Shown: positions 1 through 12,195 of the stretch, piece by piece
Numbering within the stretch: the first letter of the stretch is position 1
Layout: the number at the start of each line of letters is the position of its first letter
Program-made: the position numbers and the translations under genes
Notes under the pieces: generated by a model
Seen by the model: the letters and a program-made list of their open reading frames with translations, nothing else
What the model was told of the DNA's origin: nothing
The model's database searches: none
NCBI GenBank assembly: GCA_000708835.1
Contig: DF236970.1
Span: forward strand, 124,001-188,000
Source of the DNA: Klebsormidium nitens
Lineage: Eukaryota > Plantae > Klebsormidiophyceae
Direction of reading: 5' to 3'
Length of the DNA stretch: 64,000 bases

Positions 1-2847
1 GCTGTGCACGCAACGCCCAACGGCCCTGGCGATGCCCGCCCGACCGCAATGGCAATCATCAAGGACGAGGGCCTCGTTGGTAAGCTCAAGGACAAAGTGA
101 TCCTGATCACTGGGTGCTCGTCTGGCATTGGCGTGGAAACTGCGCGGGCTTTGCATGCGACTGGCGCGCACCTGTTTCTCACAGTGCGCAATGTGGGAAA
201 GGGGGAGAAGGTGGTGCAGGACATTGTGGAGACTGATAAAAGCGGGAGCGGAGGGAAGGTTGAGCTGCTCCGGTTGGAGCTGGATTCGCTGGCGTCGGTG
301 CGCGCAGCGGCTGCGGAGTTTCTGAGCAGGAGCAAGAAGCTGAACGTGCTCATCAACAATGCTGGTGAGCGGGAGCTTTTCTGCTCGGTTGTGTTTGAGG
401 CAGCAACAAGCTCAAATTTGAAAAGTCAGGGTTTTGGAATTATATGTCAACGACGATGGTGGAATGATAGGTGTCGATATGATGCTGTCTTGCACATTGC
501 TTGTAGATTGCGCATGCTGTGCGCATCAAAATAGTGAGGGCAATTTGGCACGAGAGGGGTGTGAATTTATCGATCAGTGCTGATGAAAGGGGTGGGCTGC
601 ATTGTTGGCTATACTGGCTCTACTGTATTGCTTTGGATACCTTCCAGAGATGCATACGTATCTGTCTTCACAGGCAAAGGTTAGAATGACACTCGAGAAG
701 CAGGCCGGGGTTGCTTGCAAATAAAACCCAGTGCTTCAGGTGGCTTGTCGCTACTAAGAAGTGTTACACTGTCTGTGAAGGTTGAAGTGCTGAAAGAAGT
801 CCCGTTGTTGATTTTCGAATGAAACTTTCATCTGCAAGAGCACTTGACCGTAAATCAAATATGAAACTTCTAGTGCTGGCAGGTCAAACTACCTTCATTC
901 TCCTACCAATAACCCAGTTTCTTTCAAAATAAGAAGATTCTCTCTCCTGCAATGCATTTTCGCTTTACTCGTTGCCCCAAAAAGTGTGCTTTGTCCAACC
1001 GACATTGCTTTTCGGAGTCTTGAATTTCCTTCAGTCTGCTCCTTGTCGTCTTCTCTTCTCTGATTCCACAAACCACCGTCACAACCACGAGACTTCTGCT
1101 AACCATGGCACTTAAGCAGTCGCCCACAGTATGTGCGTTGCAAACCCGCGCTTTACCTGAGCAAACCAAAACTGAGTAAGTTTCTGTCCTTCCTAGTCAT
1201 CTTAGACATAGCGTGTCCACGGAGACACATGTCGTGGCACCTATTTGACCACTAAGCAGACGTAGAGCCTGGAGTTGCCAATGAAGCGGGCGCCTGACCC
1301 AAGAATGATCAACTCTACTTCATTGACCATTCTTTCTGGCTGTTTAAAGAGGCATTTTGATGTGCCCTGAGAATCAGACCCAAAACGGTCTCTTCTGCCA
1401 GGGCACCTAACCATCAACAGATGTGGAACATGCTGCCTGGCGAAAGGGCAGGTGATCATCAAAGCTCAACCTGACTTTCTAACCCTTTCCCTCCTCTTCA
1501 ACGCAGGCATCATGGCCTGCCCCGAGGGCCAAACCCAGGACGGTTTCGAGACCCAGTTCGGCACCAACCACTTGGGCCACTTCCTGCTCTTCCAGCTCCT
1601 CAAGCCCCTCCTGCTGACGTCATCCACCCCCGAGTTCCAGTCCCGCGTCGTCTCGCTCTCGTCCACCGGTCACGGCTTCTCGGGCATCCACTTCGACGAC
1701 CTGGACCTGAAGAAGGTGAGGCGTCTTGGGAAACATAAGAACCTGACCGTTGCAGTGACGTCATGGAGGTGCCAGGCGTCATTCCGTTGGAACTCTACTC
1801 AGTGCCGTCGACTTCAACGGCTTCTGCATCCTGCTCTGGAGCGCCAAGATTGACAGTCGTATAACGTCATCTTTCAGCAGGCGCACTTTCGTTTCGCATA
1901 TCTTGTGAATGACGGGTAGGTTGTAGTCGATCTCGTTTTGGAACGCTTACCAGAATTGTGGAATATGCACAGGTCTCGCAAGGATCCAGTCCGGTCGAGG
2001 GGAGACACATTTTTGTCGCTCATTTCCGTAGGCGGGCTACCAGAAGTGGGTGGCATACGGCCAGGCCAAGACGGCCAACATCTACCTCGCGACCGAAATC
2101 GAGAGGCGGTACGGAGCGCAGGGATTGCATGCGACGGCTGCGCACCCGGGGGGGATCATTTCGACGGGTCTCGCTCGCCACATGGAGCCTGAAGAAGTCG
2201 ACTCGTTCCTGTCACCGGAGTGGCAGAAGAAGATGAAGGACGTCGAGCAGGTGAGTATGGATCGGCATGCCAGTCGTTGGTACAAGGTGCTACTTGAAGT
2301 GTCCCTTCGACGACCAAGCCTTGCAATGCTGGGGAAAAGTTCCACTTCGTGGTTCAAAGGACTCCTTATAAGGCGGTCAAAGGGCATTGTTCCCGTCTGA
2401 CCGCCCTTGAGTTGGTAGGGCGTGGCGTCACTGAGTATTTGTTGAGTCTGCGGCACTGCTGATAAAAAGGGCCCCGCTCTCGATATACGCATTGCTTCCG
2501 TTCTCTGCCTCTACAGACCAGAACGAAGTTTGATAAAGAAAGTTAGAGCGCCGAACTTAAGCTGTTGTAAGCGGATGTGAAACGAATGTGAACGAATGTA
2601 ACCTTTGCTGAGCAACCTATTCTCGCTGCAGGGAGCAGCGACGACTGTCTGGGCCGCGGTCGGCAAGGAGTGGGAGGGCAAGGGGGGAAAGTATTTGGAG
2701 AACGTCAGCGAGTCTGCGAAGCCCAAGGACGAAGCGGATCCCTTTTCAGACGGGTACGCAAAACACGCATACGATGCGGAGGCGGCCAAAAAGCTCTGGG
2801 CGGTGTCTCTCGAGTTGGTGGGTATGGAGGACGATGACAACGTGTAA
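1..2847 (+). CDS. Short-chain dehydrogenase/reductase (retinol-DH/WWOX-like), fungal-type; 5' end outside window
   Basis: Exons <1-364, 1507-1715, 2032-2250, 2632-2847 join in frame with GT-AG introns. Motifs: TGCSSGIG (TGxxxGxG), NNAG, FGTNHLGHF, YGQAK (catalytic YxxxK), HPGGI, QGAATTVWAA. Confidence 0.95.
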
Positions 2848-3875
2848 ATAGGTGCGGCTTATGACAGGGAAAAGACCAACGCTTCGCAGCTGAGGATGTA
2901 ATGAGATTCGTCTGTAGCTCGGATAGCTTTGAGTGTGCGAGCGCGCCCGGTCCTTTCAGATGTGAACAAGGGGAGTTGCAAAGCTGCGATTTCCGCAAAC
3001 TTAGCGCTGAAGTCAAAAGCTCTCTGGACGTTCTTTTGAGAGTGTACGTCAAAGCAGATTGAATAGTACGTCAACGTAGATTGGATAGTGTGACGCTAGC
3101 TCGATTTTGAACTGTCAGACCTGACAATCTTGAGTCAAAGAAGTCTGGGAACATGATATATATGCAAGACCATGAGCCGGGCAACGCTTGCCTGATCAGC
3201 AACGTACGTACGCATGGAATCATGCATGCCGTTTGATGGACTTAAGAAGTACTGTAGACGAGGTACGACGCACAAGTGAGCCGGCAGCTCACTAGAGAAC
3301 AGCTCACTTTCTAGAGGACACGACCGGATTGATGGCCCTTCGCTTACTAAGCTTCATGCATATCTAGTATACTCCCTCACTCGATCACCGTTTCATGTCA
3401 TGTGTCGGATGAGTCCGGGAATGATGCATCATGATATTCTTATGATGATATGCTGATCCCACAAGGCAGTGAGTGCAGGCGGCCGTTAGCATCTTCGATA
3501 ACGCTGTGATGGTAAGCATCCATTTTTCACTCAAGCCTCTTGGGTGTACTCTTAATTCAGTTATTGCGTGCCACTTTTCGTTCTTTCACAGCGTACTGCA
3601 AAATTGAGATGACGAAACGCATTTAAGCCTCTGCTCCTTTCCTGGGCCGATTCCTGTGCATATTGAATGGTCCGTAGAAGCTGAGCACCCTGAGCGGCCT
3701 GCAAATTTCATCTTTTGGCTGCCAAGATCACTGGGGGTCGTCGTAAAACCCAAGTAATTGTACACCATTTTCATCTTTCGAATTGCCCACAGGTGCTTAT
3801 TGTCGGCCAAGCTCTCTCAGAGAGACTACGAGATTATGCTGATCAATCTATGAAACGAGTCCCTTGTGAGGCCCT

Positions 3876-6091
3876 TCAAACTTGCGTTCCTTCTCCTGGC
3901 GGACTTTCAGGGGCAGTGGCCGATCGCGCTTCACCGAGCACCCAGGCAAGCTCCTCGGGGAAACGGTCCATATGATTATTGCACCAGAGGGCCTGCAAAG
4001 GTATCGAAGACATGAATTTCAAACTCGTTTAATAGAGTCAGCAAACAGGTATCAAGCTGACCAAAGACTCTTACAATTTTTGCCGACGAGCTGATTGTCG
4101 AAAATTGTGGCCAGCTGTCAAACTTCTGGACACACATGGGAGTACGCACTTACGGGACACACACACTCTGAACGTCACATGAAGAGAAGTGCTAGTGGTT
4201 AATTATGTGGTGCAAACATCACGAGATTCAATTTAGCCTGACCGGTTCGGCATTCTAGACGGTTGCCGCGCTCGGGTGGGTTCGAGACCTTACGTTATAA
4301 CCGAAGGCCTCCTGCTGCCAGTAAAGGTACAGCAGCATAGTCCCGAAGTGGTGCATCCGCTTGCCAAGCTCCTGCACGGCAATCAAAGAGACTGGGTCGT
4401 CTCGCGTTCACCTCGCTTCCGTCCACACTCGTTGCAGAGCCTTGTTCTTCTAAGTCACGGCATAGATGCTTCGGCGCAAATCTGCTAAAAGAGTGCTTGC
4501 TGAACGGGGCAGTCAAAATGATGAGTCGAATCAGCCAGAGCGCTGCCCACCATCGAGGTATCGATGAGAAAACTCGGCGGAAATGATCGAAAAATGCCAG
4601 GTACAACTCGTCGGAAGATCTTACGTCAGCGGAAACGGGGTCAAGGTGCAGATTCGTCATCATCTCTGAGATTCTTACTTCAGGGCAGCAGGTCATGCCT
4701 GATCTAGCGCCAGAAGTTACGCTTACCTCTTCTCCGGTCGGTGGAGGAGTCGCAAAGGTCTCCTGGAAAGCCCTGTAAGCGGCCTCGAGGCCTTGTTGGG
4801 CGAGGACCCGAACTGTAGCATCCACCGTCCAGTTGCTGTCTACCGCCATGTGAGCCTTTGCCTTCACAGCGGCGCTCAGCTCCTCGAGCGGCATCGCCCT
4901 TGCTACTTCCAATTGCTCGTCGAGGCGCGTTAACGTCTCCTTCACTGCCAATTGGTCCTCCTGAAGGAGCGTGGCAAGAACGATTGGAAATTTGCTGTAT
5001 CTGCTCTATCTGGCCCTGTCGTTCTTAGCAACCGTTGCTGGTAGAAGGCTTTCAGGGAAGCTCCTGATGTCATTAGCTTGGACGGTCAGCAGAAGCGAGT
5101 GTGTCCTTCGAGGTGCATACTTATGTGGAGGGACGTGGGCATCTGCCTGAATTGTGCCTGACCTGTAACAATCAGAAATCTTCCAGCTGCAGGCCTGGAC
5201 GCTCTGCTGAGATACCTAAGTAGCGTGAAACCCAAGGCATCATTGCGTTAAAGAAGCAAAACAACGGGAGGTTTACATTGGTTGGTGCAGCCATGAGGGC
5301 AGCACGGACCGACGCCTCTGTTGGCGCGCTGCCAGTACTCGCGCTTCCGCTTGCGCCCGTCTGATTGGCTCCAGTTGTACTGAGTGGTGCCTGTGATATG
5401 AATCAAAAGGTACGCATACCCAATGATGATAGATCACTGCAAAGGGGATGTGGGTACAGCTCTAAAGATGGCCATGCCCCTCAGGGCATTTAAGTGGATT
5501 ACCAGCATACCTACTCTTAGAGCGTGTGACAGCTGGGCCAAAGCTCCAGAACTGGATTGCCTAGCTTCCAATATAATGAGGTCACGAATAAACTCGCATT
5601 TGTGCCCTCCGTAAAGGAGGCGAGATGCATTCAACTGCAAAAGTTTGTTCTGAGTTCGAAGTGCCTGCTTCCTACGACAGGTTCAACTCCGCCAGCCCCC
5701 AGCGAAACTTGAAAAAGTTACTAACAGATCATCTGCAAGAAATCGCATGGCAGAGAGAATCGAGGCTTTGAGAGTCAGAATTCCCAGCACAAGAAAAGCA
5801 CTACGTGCAGCTCGCTCTCATTTCGCCATCACCAAAATAAATTCGCTCCGCCTCCGCCTGGATGTGTGCCGATGGTCTTGTACTGCACCACTGGTGAGTC
5901 AAAAAAAGGGGTGGTATGATTGGCTGTCCCGGCTGCTCCTTCTCGTTCCCTTCAAGATTGAGACTAGATTGAGATCTTTCAGATCAATTGCACCTTTTTT
6001 AAGGATAGATTAAATGAGCAAAGCAGGCCGTCCAAGTTCAAAATCCTTATCTGCACACTTCCGTACTTTCTCCTGCTGATCTAACGACCAT
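3876..6091 (-). CDS. Orphan family paralogue A (~190 aa, unknown function; first exon uncertain, possibly disrupted)
   Basis: Phase-0 exons 5277-5390, 4727-4960, 4294-4371 (ELGKRMHHFGTMLLYLYWQQEAF) and 3876-3992 (MDRFPEELAWVLG) are homologous to copies B and C. The putative exon 1 near 6064-6091 is out of phase with its ATG. Confidence 0.65.
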
Positions 6092-6109
6092 CAGCACATC
6101 AGACGCGTC

Positions 6110-6420
6110 GCACAGTGCGCAGGCGCCGCGACCGTCGATCGAGTCCGTCGGCGTCGATCACCTACGCTGGTTATACGCGCCCGCGTCGGATCGGACGTAC
6201 CGCAAGCCCAGGTTTGACATTGAGGGGTTTGACGTCCTTCGATCGAACCGTCGAATATGTTCAAGTAGTGGCGATCGACGGTTCATCCAGTGGTCACATG
6301 TGATGTGACCGTGACCTCCCCGCCTCGGCGGGGCCGCGCGACGCGCTGCCCCAAGGCGCGCCGCGCGTTCAGCTGCGCGGCCGCCGCCCGGGCGCCCTGC
6401 AATGAGCGCGTCGGGACTCA
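6110..6420. promoter_or_regulatory. GC-rich putative bidirectional promoter between head-to-head paralogues A and B
   Basis: CGCG-rich island between divergent 5' ends. Contains CCGCAAGCCCAGGTTTGA (~6200), GGCCGCGCGACGCG (~6333) and the palindrome GGTCACAT-GTG-ATGTGACC (~6292-6310). Confidence 0.45.
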
Positions 6421-6637
6421 GGCGGCAGAAGATGCTAGTAATTCGCTGTGCAGCTAAGCTTGTCTGTCTGATTACGGTATCAGCGGTTCTGAAAGTTGAA
6501 CGTTTAGCAGAAGCAGTCGACCGGGCAACCCGTCAAATACTGACTACTTTTCATTCCTGGAGCGCTGGGGGGAGCGCTGCAAGGTCACAACGCGCGCATG
6601 TGCTCATGCTGAGGAGCCCAAAGTAAATTCTCTGGTG

Positions 6638-8686
6638 ATGGCACATGTCGATGCTCAGCAGGTGGTGAGTTTTGTGTTTTCCTGAAAGACCAGTTCAACC
6701 ATAGTCAGTTTCTTACAGCGGGCCCAGCTGCGTTTTTCCAAATTCCGGTTGCAGATGCAGCCTCATTCTTAGCCGGCGGGGTTGAGCTGTGAAGGTTGGT
6801 TGAAACCTTCTGCTCTGCTATAACTTTAGTATAGGGTATGCAAGGAGCCAAGAGATATCAAGCACGCACGATGAGCTTTGATTTTAAGAACTGCCTCCTT
6901 TTCAGAAGCTTCTTTCGATTTTAAGCGAGCTTTTTTCGTTCTTCCTCAGATACCAAGGCAGATCCAGTTGTAGAATTCAGGAATCCTTAACTGAGGTGTC
7001 AGATATTAGAAGAGCTTTGGGTTTGCTTTGCGACTCACAACGTTGCCGAGTTTCGATGCATGGCCAGCAACAGAACTTTCTCCATCATAATCATCAGCTT
7101 CAAAGCTCTGCAATTTTTCCTTTCAAACTAGTCTAGGTGTGAACAGATTGTAAGTACGCTGAACATGTACTGCATACTACAGGCCCTTGAACATACATTT
7201 GAAGGCAACCAGGCGGGCCCAAGCAACGATGCAAGCGCTTGCGCGGAGGCAGAAGCGGCGGCAAGTTTTGCTGACTTCCTGGTTTCAACAAAGCAAGTGA
7301 GCCTCAATGCTGCTTTTGCTGCAGTTCGTTTGATATTGCCTTCGGACGTCTGCTGAGTATTGCAGCAGAGCCCTTCCAGGCCTGCAGACTTGAAGATGTT
7401 CGAGCGTTAAAATTCAGGCACAAGTTGGGCGAACTCGGCACTGCCTCAATAGATGAACGTGTGCATGCAAGAACAGTTTTGTTTTTGCCGTAGCGACTTC
7501 AGAGGACGACAAGAACGTACTATGATGCTTGCACCGTTCTCTTGAGAGAATTTTCTGTCTGAAACGACGACAATAACGCGACTTGCAACGTTCCGTTGAG
7601 AAAGCTTTTTATCAGACTCTCGAAAGGCAGGGCCACCGCTTGATCCAGCAGAAGAGAAGTTGACGCTTCCAAGATTTTCCCAGGCGGACTTAGTCAAGCC
7701 GGAGGTTCTGGCGCGCCTCGACGAGCAGATGAAAGTCGCAAACGCGATGCCGCTCGCCAAGCTGAGCGAGGAATTGAAGGCAAAGGCTCAGATGCGCTGG
7801 ACAAGGAGTGGGCGGTGGACGCTACAATCCAAGTCCTCGCCCAACAAGGCCTCGAAGCCTGTTACAGATGCTTCCAGGGGACCTTGGAAACCCCTCCGCA
7901 GATGGGAGCAGAGGTAGGCAGGCGGCCACAATCTGCTGATTTGAAAAATTGAAGAAATTCTGCGACTACAATTTATATGCGCTGCGAGAAGGCTTCAAAC
8001 TGCCTGTCTGTGAGTCTTCTTACATCTGCGGCTCTTTCTCTCTGGAACCTTCTTGATACGTTGTGGTGCACCGTGCCTTGGGTGCTTCACTACATGGTTT
8101 TGGCTTACCTTCCTGTCCGGCTCTGAAAGACACCTCTTCAAACAAGGTTAAGCGCCAGTCGTGACAGTGGAACAGGGGTCTGCAACGCATCTGGTGGAAA
8201 ACGGAGAAGAAAGAGAGAGGAACCCGACCCTTCGACTCTTTTGCAGGAGTTTAACAAACGCATGCACACCTTCGGAGTTTCGCTGCTCGGCTTCTTCTGG
8301 CAACAGGAGGCCTTCAAATTCCGCGTAAGCTTCCAAACGCAGTCAAGCGTGGCAGACTGGACCCTTGTATGCCACAAAGGGCAGGCTGTGACAGCTTGTC
8401 AATCAAGTGATATTCGCACCCACAATGGCACCTCTCTCCCCGCGATCTTCTCGGGGTCAGTGTGCGCTGAAGTCTGAAACGCGACACCGTTGTTCTGACC
8501 AACAACCAGCTTGTCGGCAATTCTTTCGACTCTTGGGTCATCGACGTTATCACCCACTCGGTTGCGTTGTTACTCGTGCTATTACATGTTGCATCGACGC
8601 TTTTGCAGGACATCTCGTGCCATAAAGCATTGGACCGCTTCCCTGGGGAGCTCGACTGGGAGCTCGGTACTGAGGAGGAGCCCTGA
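6638..8686 (+). pseudogene. Orphan family paralogue B with -1 frameshift (pseudogene or sequence error)
   Basis: Exons 6638-6661, 7183-7296, 7684-7913, 8247-8324, 8609-8686. Exon 3 is 230 nt versus 231 nt in copy C. It reads ATG CGC TGG at 7792, where ATG GCG CTG would restore homology (..WAVDATIQVLAQQGLEA). Confidence 0.75.
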
Positions 8687-9479
8687 GATGTCCTTCCGAG
8701 GATAGAATAGTATGTTGATAGAGTCAAGATGGAAGTCTTTCGAGTCAGTACGTGTTACGAGCGTGACATTCGTGTCATCTCTCGCTCTTCTAAATTTCTG
8801 AAAGTGGCCGGGGTTGTGAAGTGGAAAATTGGATTCAAATAAGCTTCAATCACGTAGCAAATCCCACAAAATTAATTGACAGCTCGCATGGTTTGTACAC
8901 AGTGAGTAGAAGGAGGCTAGGAGAAGATCCAAACGAGAACGGATCCGCTGCCTGGAAACGAAGGATCTGGCAACTGCAACTCATGGCTCATGATGAAACC
9001 GGAAAATTGAGTATATATACGTGTGAGAAGACTCTCCAGCACGACTTGCAGCTCGATGTTCTGCACCATGCAAATCTGATCAGTCATCAGACGACCTTGG
9101 TCCGGGCGAGTCCCTTGATTCAGATCCTTACTGGATGCGCAGTGGCCTTGGCATTGCACCACTGGTCGCACCGAGTCCCGGCAAGTCGAAGGTAGGAAAA
9201 AAGAGGTATGGGGGGCGGTCATGCTACAAAGCTAAGCTTTCAAGACCAAATATTGAGAGAGTCAACCGTCCGCCCGCACATCTAAGCAAGCTCCTTTTAA
9301 ACCGGGGAATGAAGCTGGAGTCAAATAAAGGCAGCCCTTCTCCGGCCCGCCGCCCTCTTCGAACACAGTTGCGCCTTCTCCGGACCTTTTACCGGACGTA
9401 AAGTCATCCTGCTAGTCTAGATCGCATCGTCAACCTCAAAAATGCGTTTTACTTGGCAACCAGCCGGCTAGCTACCGCC

Positions 9480-9720
9480 GGACCCCGCGCGCCTGACCCT
9501 TTATGCGCGCCGCGCGGCCGCGCGACCGCAAGCCTCACAGGGTTTGAAATCATTGAATCACGTTCATCCGATGATCCTGCGTACGCGCGCGCAATTTGAT
9601 GCCGCATAAATTCATCAGATGCGTACAAACCCTCAAACCAGGGCTCGCGGCCGCGCGACGCGTGTGTAAGTCAAGGCCGGCCGCGCCGGGCCGACGGACG
9701 CGCGCTCAATTAATAGGCGG
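9480..9720. promoter_or_regulatory. GC-rich putative promoter of paralogue C with inverted conserved motif pair
   Basis: CCGCAAGCCTCACAGGGTTTGA (~9526) and an inverted CCGCGAGCCCTGGTTTGAGGGTTTG (~9627-9651). CGCGGCCGCGCGAC occurs twice. Both motifs are shared with 6110-6420. Confidence 0.45.
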
Positions 9721-9993
9721 ATTCAATTCGGGATGAGGAGGCGGACGTGCCAAATCGTTTGGGCGAAGCAGGGAAGTTTGTAGAAGGGCTAGTTTTAATG
9801 ACCCAATTCAGTTCCACAGGAGCTTGTCTCATGCAGAGTGCGCGCGTTGATCCCGTCCCCTGTTTTAACTTGAAAGTTGAACTTTTGAGAGGATTATTGA
9901 CCTGAGCAGCCAGGACAGCCCGTCATATGTAACATCGAGTGCAGCGGCGAAAGCTGAGGAGGCGGAAAAGGGTCGTTTGGTGCCTGTTTGGTG

Positions 9994-12195
9994 ATGGCAG
10001 ACGACACCTCGGATCAGCAGGTACGGCTTTCCTAGATGTGTTGAGGGGATCGTTTGGAAAAATTCCCAAACTGACGTACAGGAGTCTCCTTAAACGAGCT
10101 TCACTCGTGAAATCGGAGGACTTAGAATTTTGGAGAGGCTTGAACCATCTTAGTCTGCTCGCCGCTTTTAGTGTGCAAGCTGCCAGTATCAAGCACGCAT
10201 GATATGGTGATAAGCTCAAAGTGTCATTGATCTGTGAAATGCATTTCTGCACCTCCTACGACGGAAGCATGATTCAAGCACCTTCGTGACCTTCTGCTCC
10301 AAAATCCTACCAAGTGGGTCCTATCTGAACTGCCTTACTCGTCTTTCTTGAGTCGATTCTGTGGACTTGGGTATGCTGGCGACGCAACATTGTGGTCTCT
10401 AAAAGCATGGATTTATTTGACCTTCCCCAACAAACTCTCCAAAATCATCTCCTTTGCAATCAGTTGTTATTGCTCTGCGCGAAATCAGCCTGCTAGGGAT
10501 ATGCTGAACATAAGATCGATGACACAGGCTCCTGATAACACAACTCAAGGAGACCAGGCGGGCCCAAGCAATGCAAACGCTGGAGAGGTGCCAACGACTG
10601 CGTCGATTCTTGCTGCCCTCAGGGATGCAGCATCCTGTGTGAGCTTGATAGCTCCTTTGCTTCGATACGAAAGAAGCAGTTTTCGTCTAGACCTGAGCTT
10701 GGAAGGATTATGATTGTTGCAGATCAGGCACATGTTGACTGGCGAATGCTTATTGAGGACAGTGTATCTGCAAGACGCTGCTTTTGCTGAACGTTTTCAA
10801 AGCACATCAAGTACCAGCGCTGCTCGAAACTTTCCAGGAAAGCCTTCCATCAGCGCGGAACCTCAAATGAACCTCCCCCGTTTAACCCGCAGCAGAACGC
10901 TGTTGTTGCATCTTCAGGACTAGGACCCTTACAAGATCAAGGAGACCTATGCGCGCCTCGATGAGCAATCACAAGTGGCGGAGGCGATGCCGGTTACGGA
11001 TCTGAGCGAAGTACTGAAGGAAAAGGCGCGGATGGCAGTGGAAAACAACTGGACGGTGGACGAGCCGGTCAAGGTCCTTTCCCAACAAGGCCTCGAGGCA
11101 GGTTACAGGGCTTTCCTGGGGAGCTTGGCAGTCCCTCCGCAAATGGAAGCAGAGGTGAGAATTCAAGCAGAGTAGGAATTTAGTATGAATCGTAACCCGT
11201 TTTGAAGGCGCTTTAAGGGCGGCAAGTGAAATCAGGACGGGTTGATCATTAAAAACCGGACTTTTCAGAACGCTTTGCTCTCATTTCTAAAGGCAGGATC
11301 AAGAACGCTCCTGCTCGTAAAAACCAGATTTTTCAGCCAGACTTGCTCTTGAACGCTCTTAACGCTCTCAATTCTTTTAACGCTCTTAAACCGGGTTATG
11401 ATTAATAGTCGAAGGACATATAGGTCCTGAAGCCACGAGTGGATAAGTAAGGAAACGACCTCATACTTTAGACTCCATATCCGCTACTAGGACGCTTCCA
11501 ACCGCCTCGCCTCAGGCTGTCCTTGACTCAATTTAACTCTTGCGGCTGTTATGAACTGACTGGGACCTTCATGGCGGTCTGTGCCTGAAGTGATTCTTCT
11601 ATCTGGCTCCTGACTTACCTCCCTGCCCGGTCTAGCGAATGGTTGTTAAGCAGCTGCCATGTGCCATAGCACCTTTGCCACAAAGCTGGGAAACGGATTA
11701 GACGGAGTGTAGGGGAAGGGAGAGAATCTGAGAAGTCCGAGTCTCGTTCGACACCTCCTGCAGGAATTCCCCACGCGCATGCACCGTCTCGGAGTGACGC
11801 TGCTCTACGTGATCAGGCAGCAGGAGGCCTTCGGGTTCGATGTAAGATCTCAGATCCAGCCGAGCGGGTCAGACAGAGATATAATATGTTAAACAATTGG
11901 CTTGTATCAAGGTTGGATCAAGTGGTGTTTCAATCATAAAGGCTTCTCTCCTTCTGTGATGTTCTTAGTGTGCGTGTGAAGTTTGACAGGTGGCCACTGT
12001 CCCTAACAACCAAGCTGATTGGCAGACTTTTAATTCCTTGGGCAAAGTACTCGAGAAAAGTAGCGCGTGCTGATAGTTGTTGCATTGATTTATTTGCAGC
12101 ACGCCTGCTGCAACGATGAAATGGACCGTTCTCCTGAGGAGCTTGATTGGTTGTTTGGTACTGAGGAAGGAAGACTGACAATGGAAAAATCTTGA
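9994..12195 (+). CDS. Orphan family paralogue C, ~180 aa, apparently intact
   Basis: Exons 9994-10020, 10528-10638, 10924-11154, 11764-11841, 12100-12195, all phase 0 and giving an open frame. The 78-nt exon has the same length in A, B and C. Confidence 0.75.

Noticed and set aside
4295-4951. 218-aa single-exon ORF on minus strand
   Set aside because: Only 4727-4960 is homologous to paralogues B and C. The rest reads through an intron and crosses the 78-nt exon in the wrong frame.
8917-9222. 101-aa minus-strand ORF and overlapping plus-strand ORFs
   Set aside because: No recognisable motif, no consistent exon chain and no homology to neighbouring genes.
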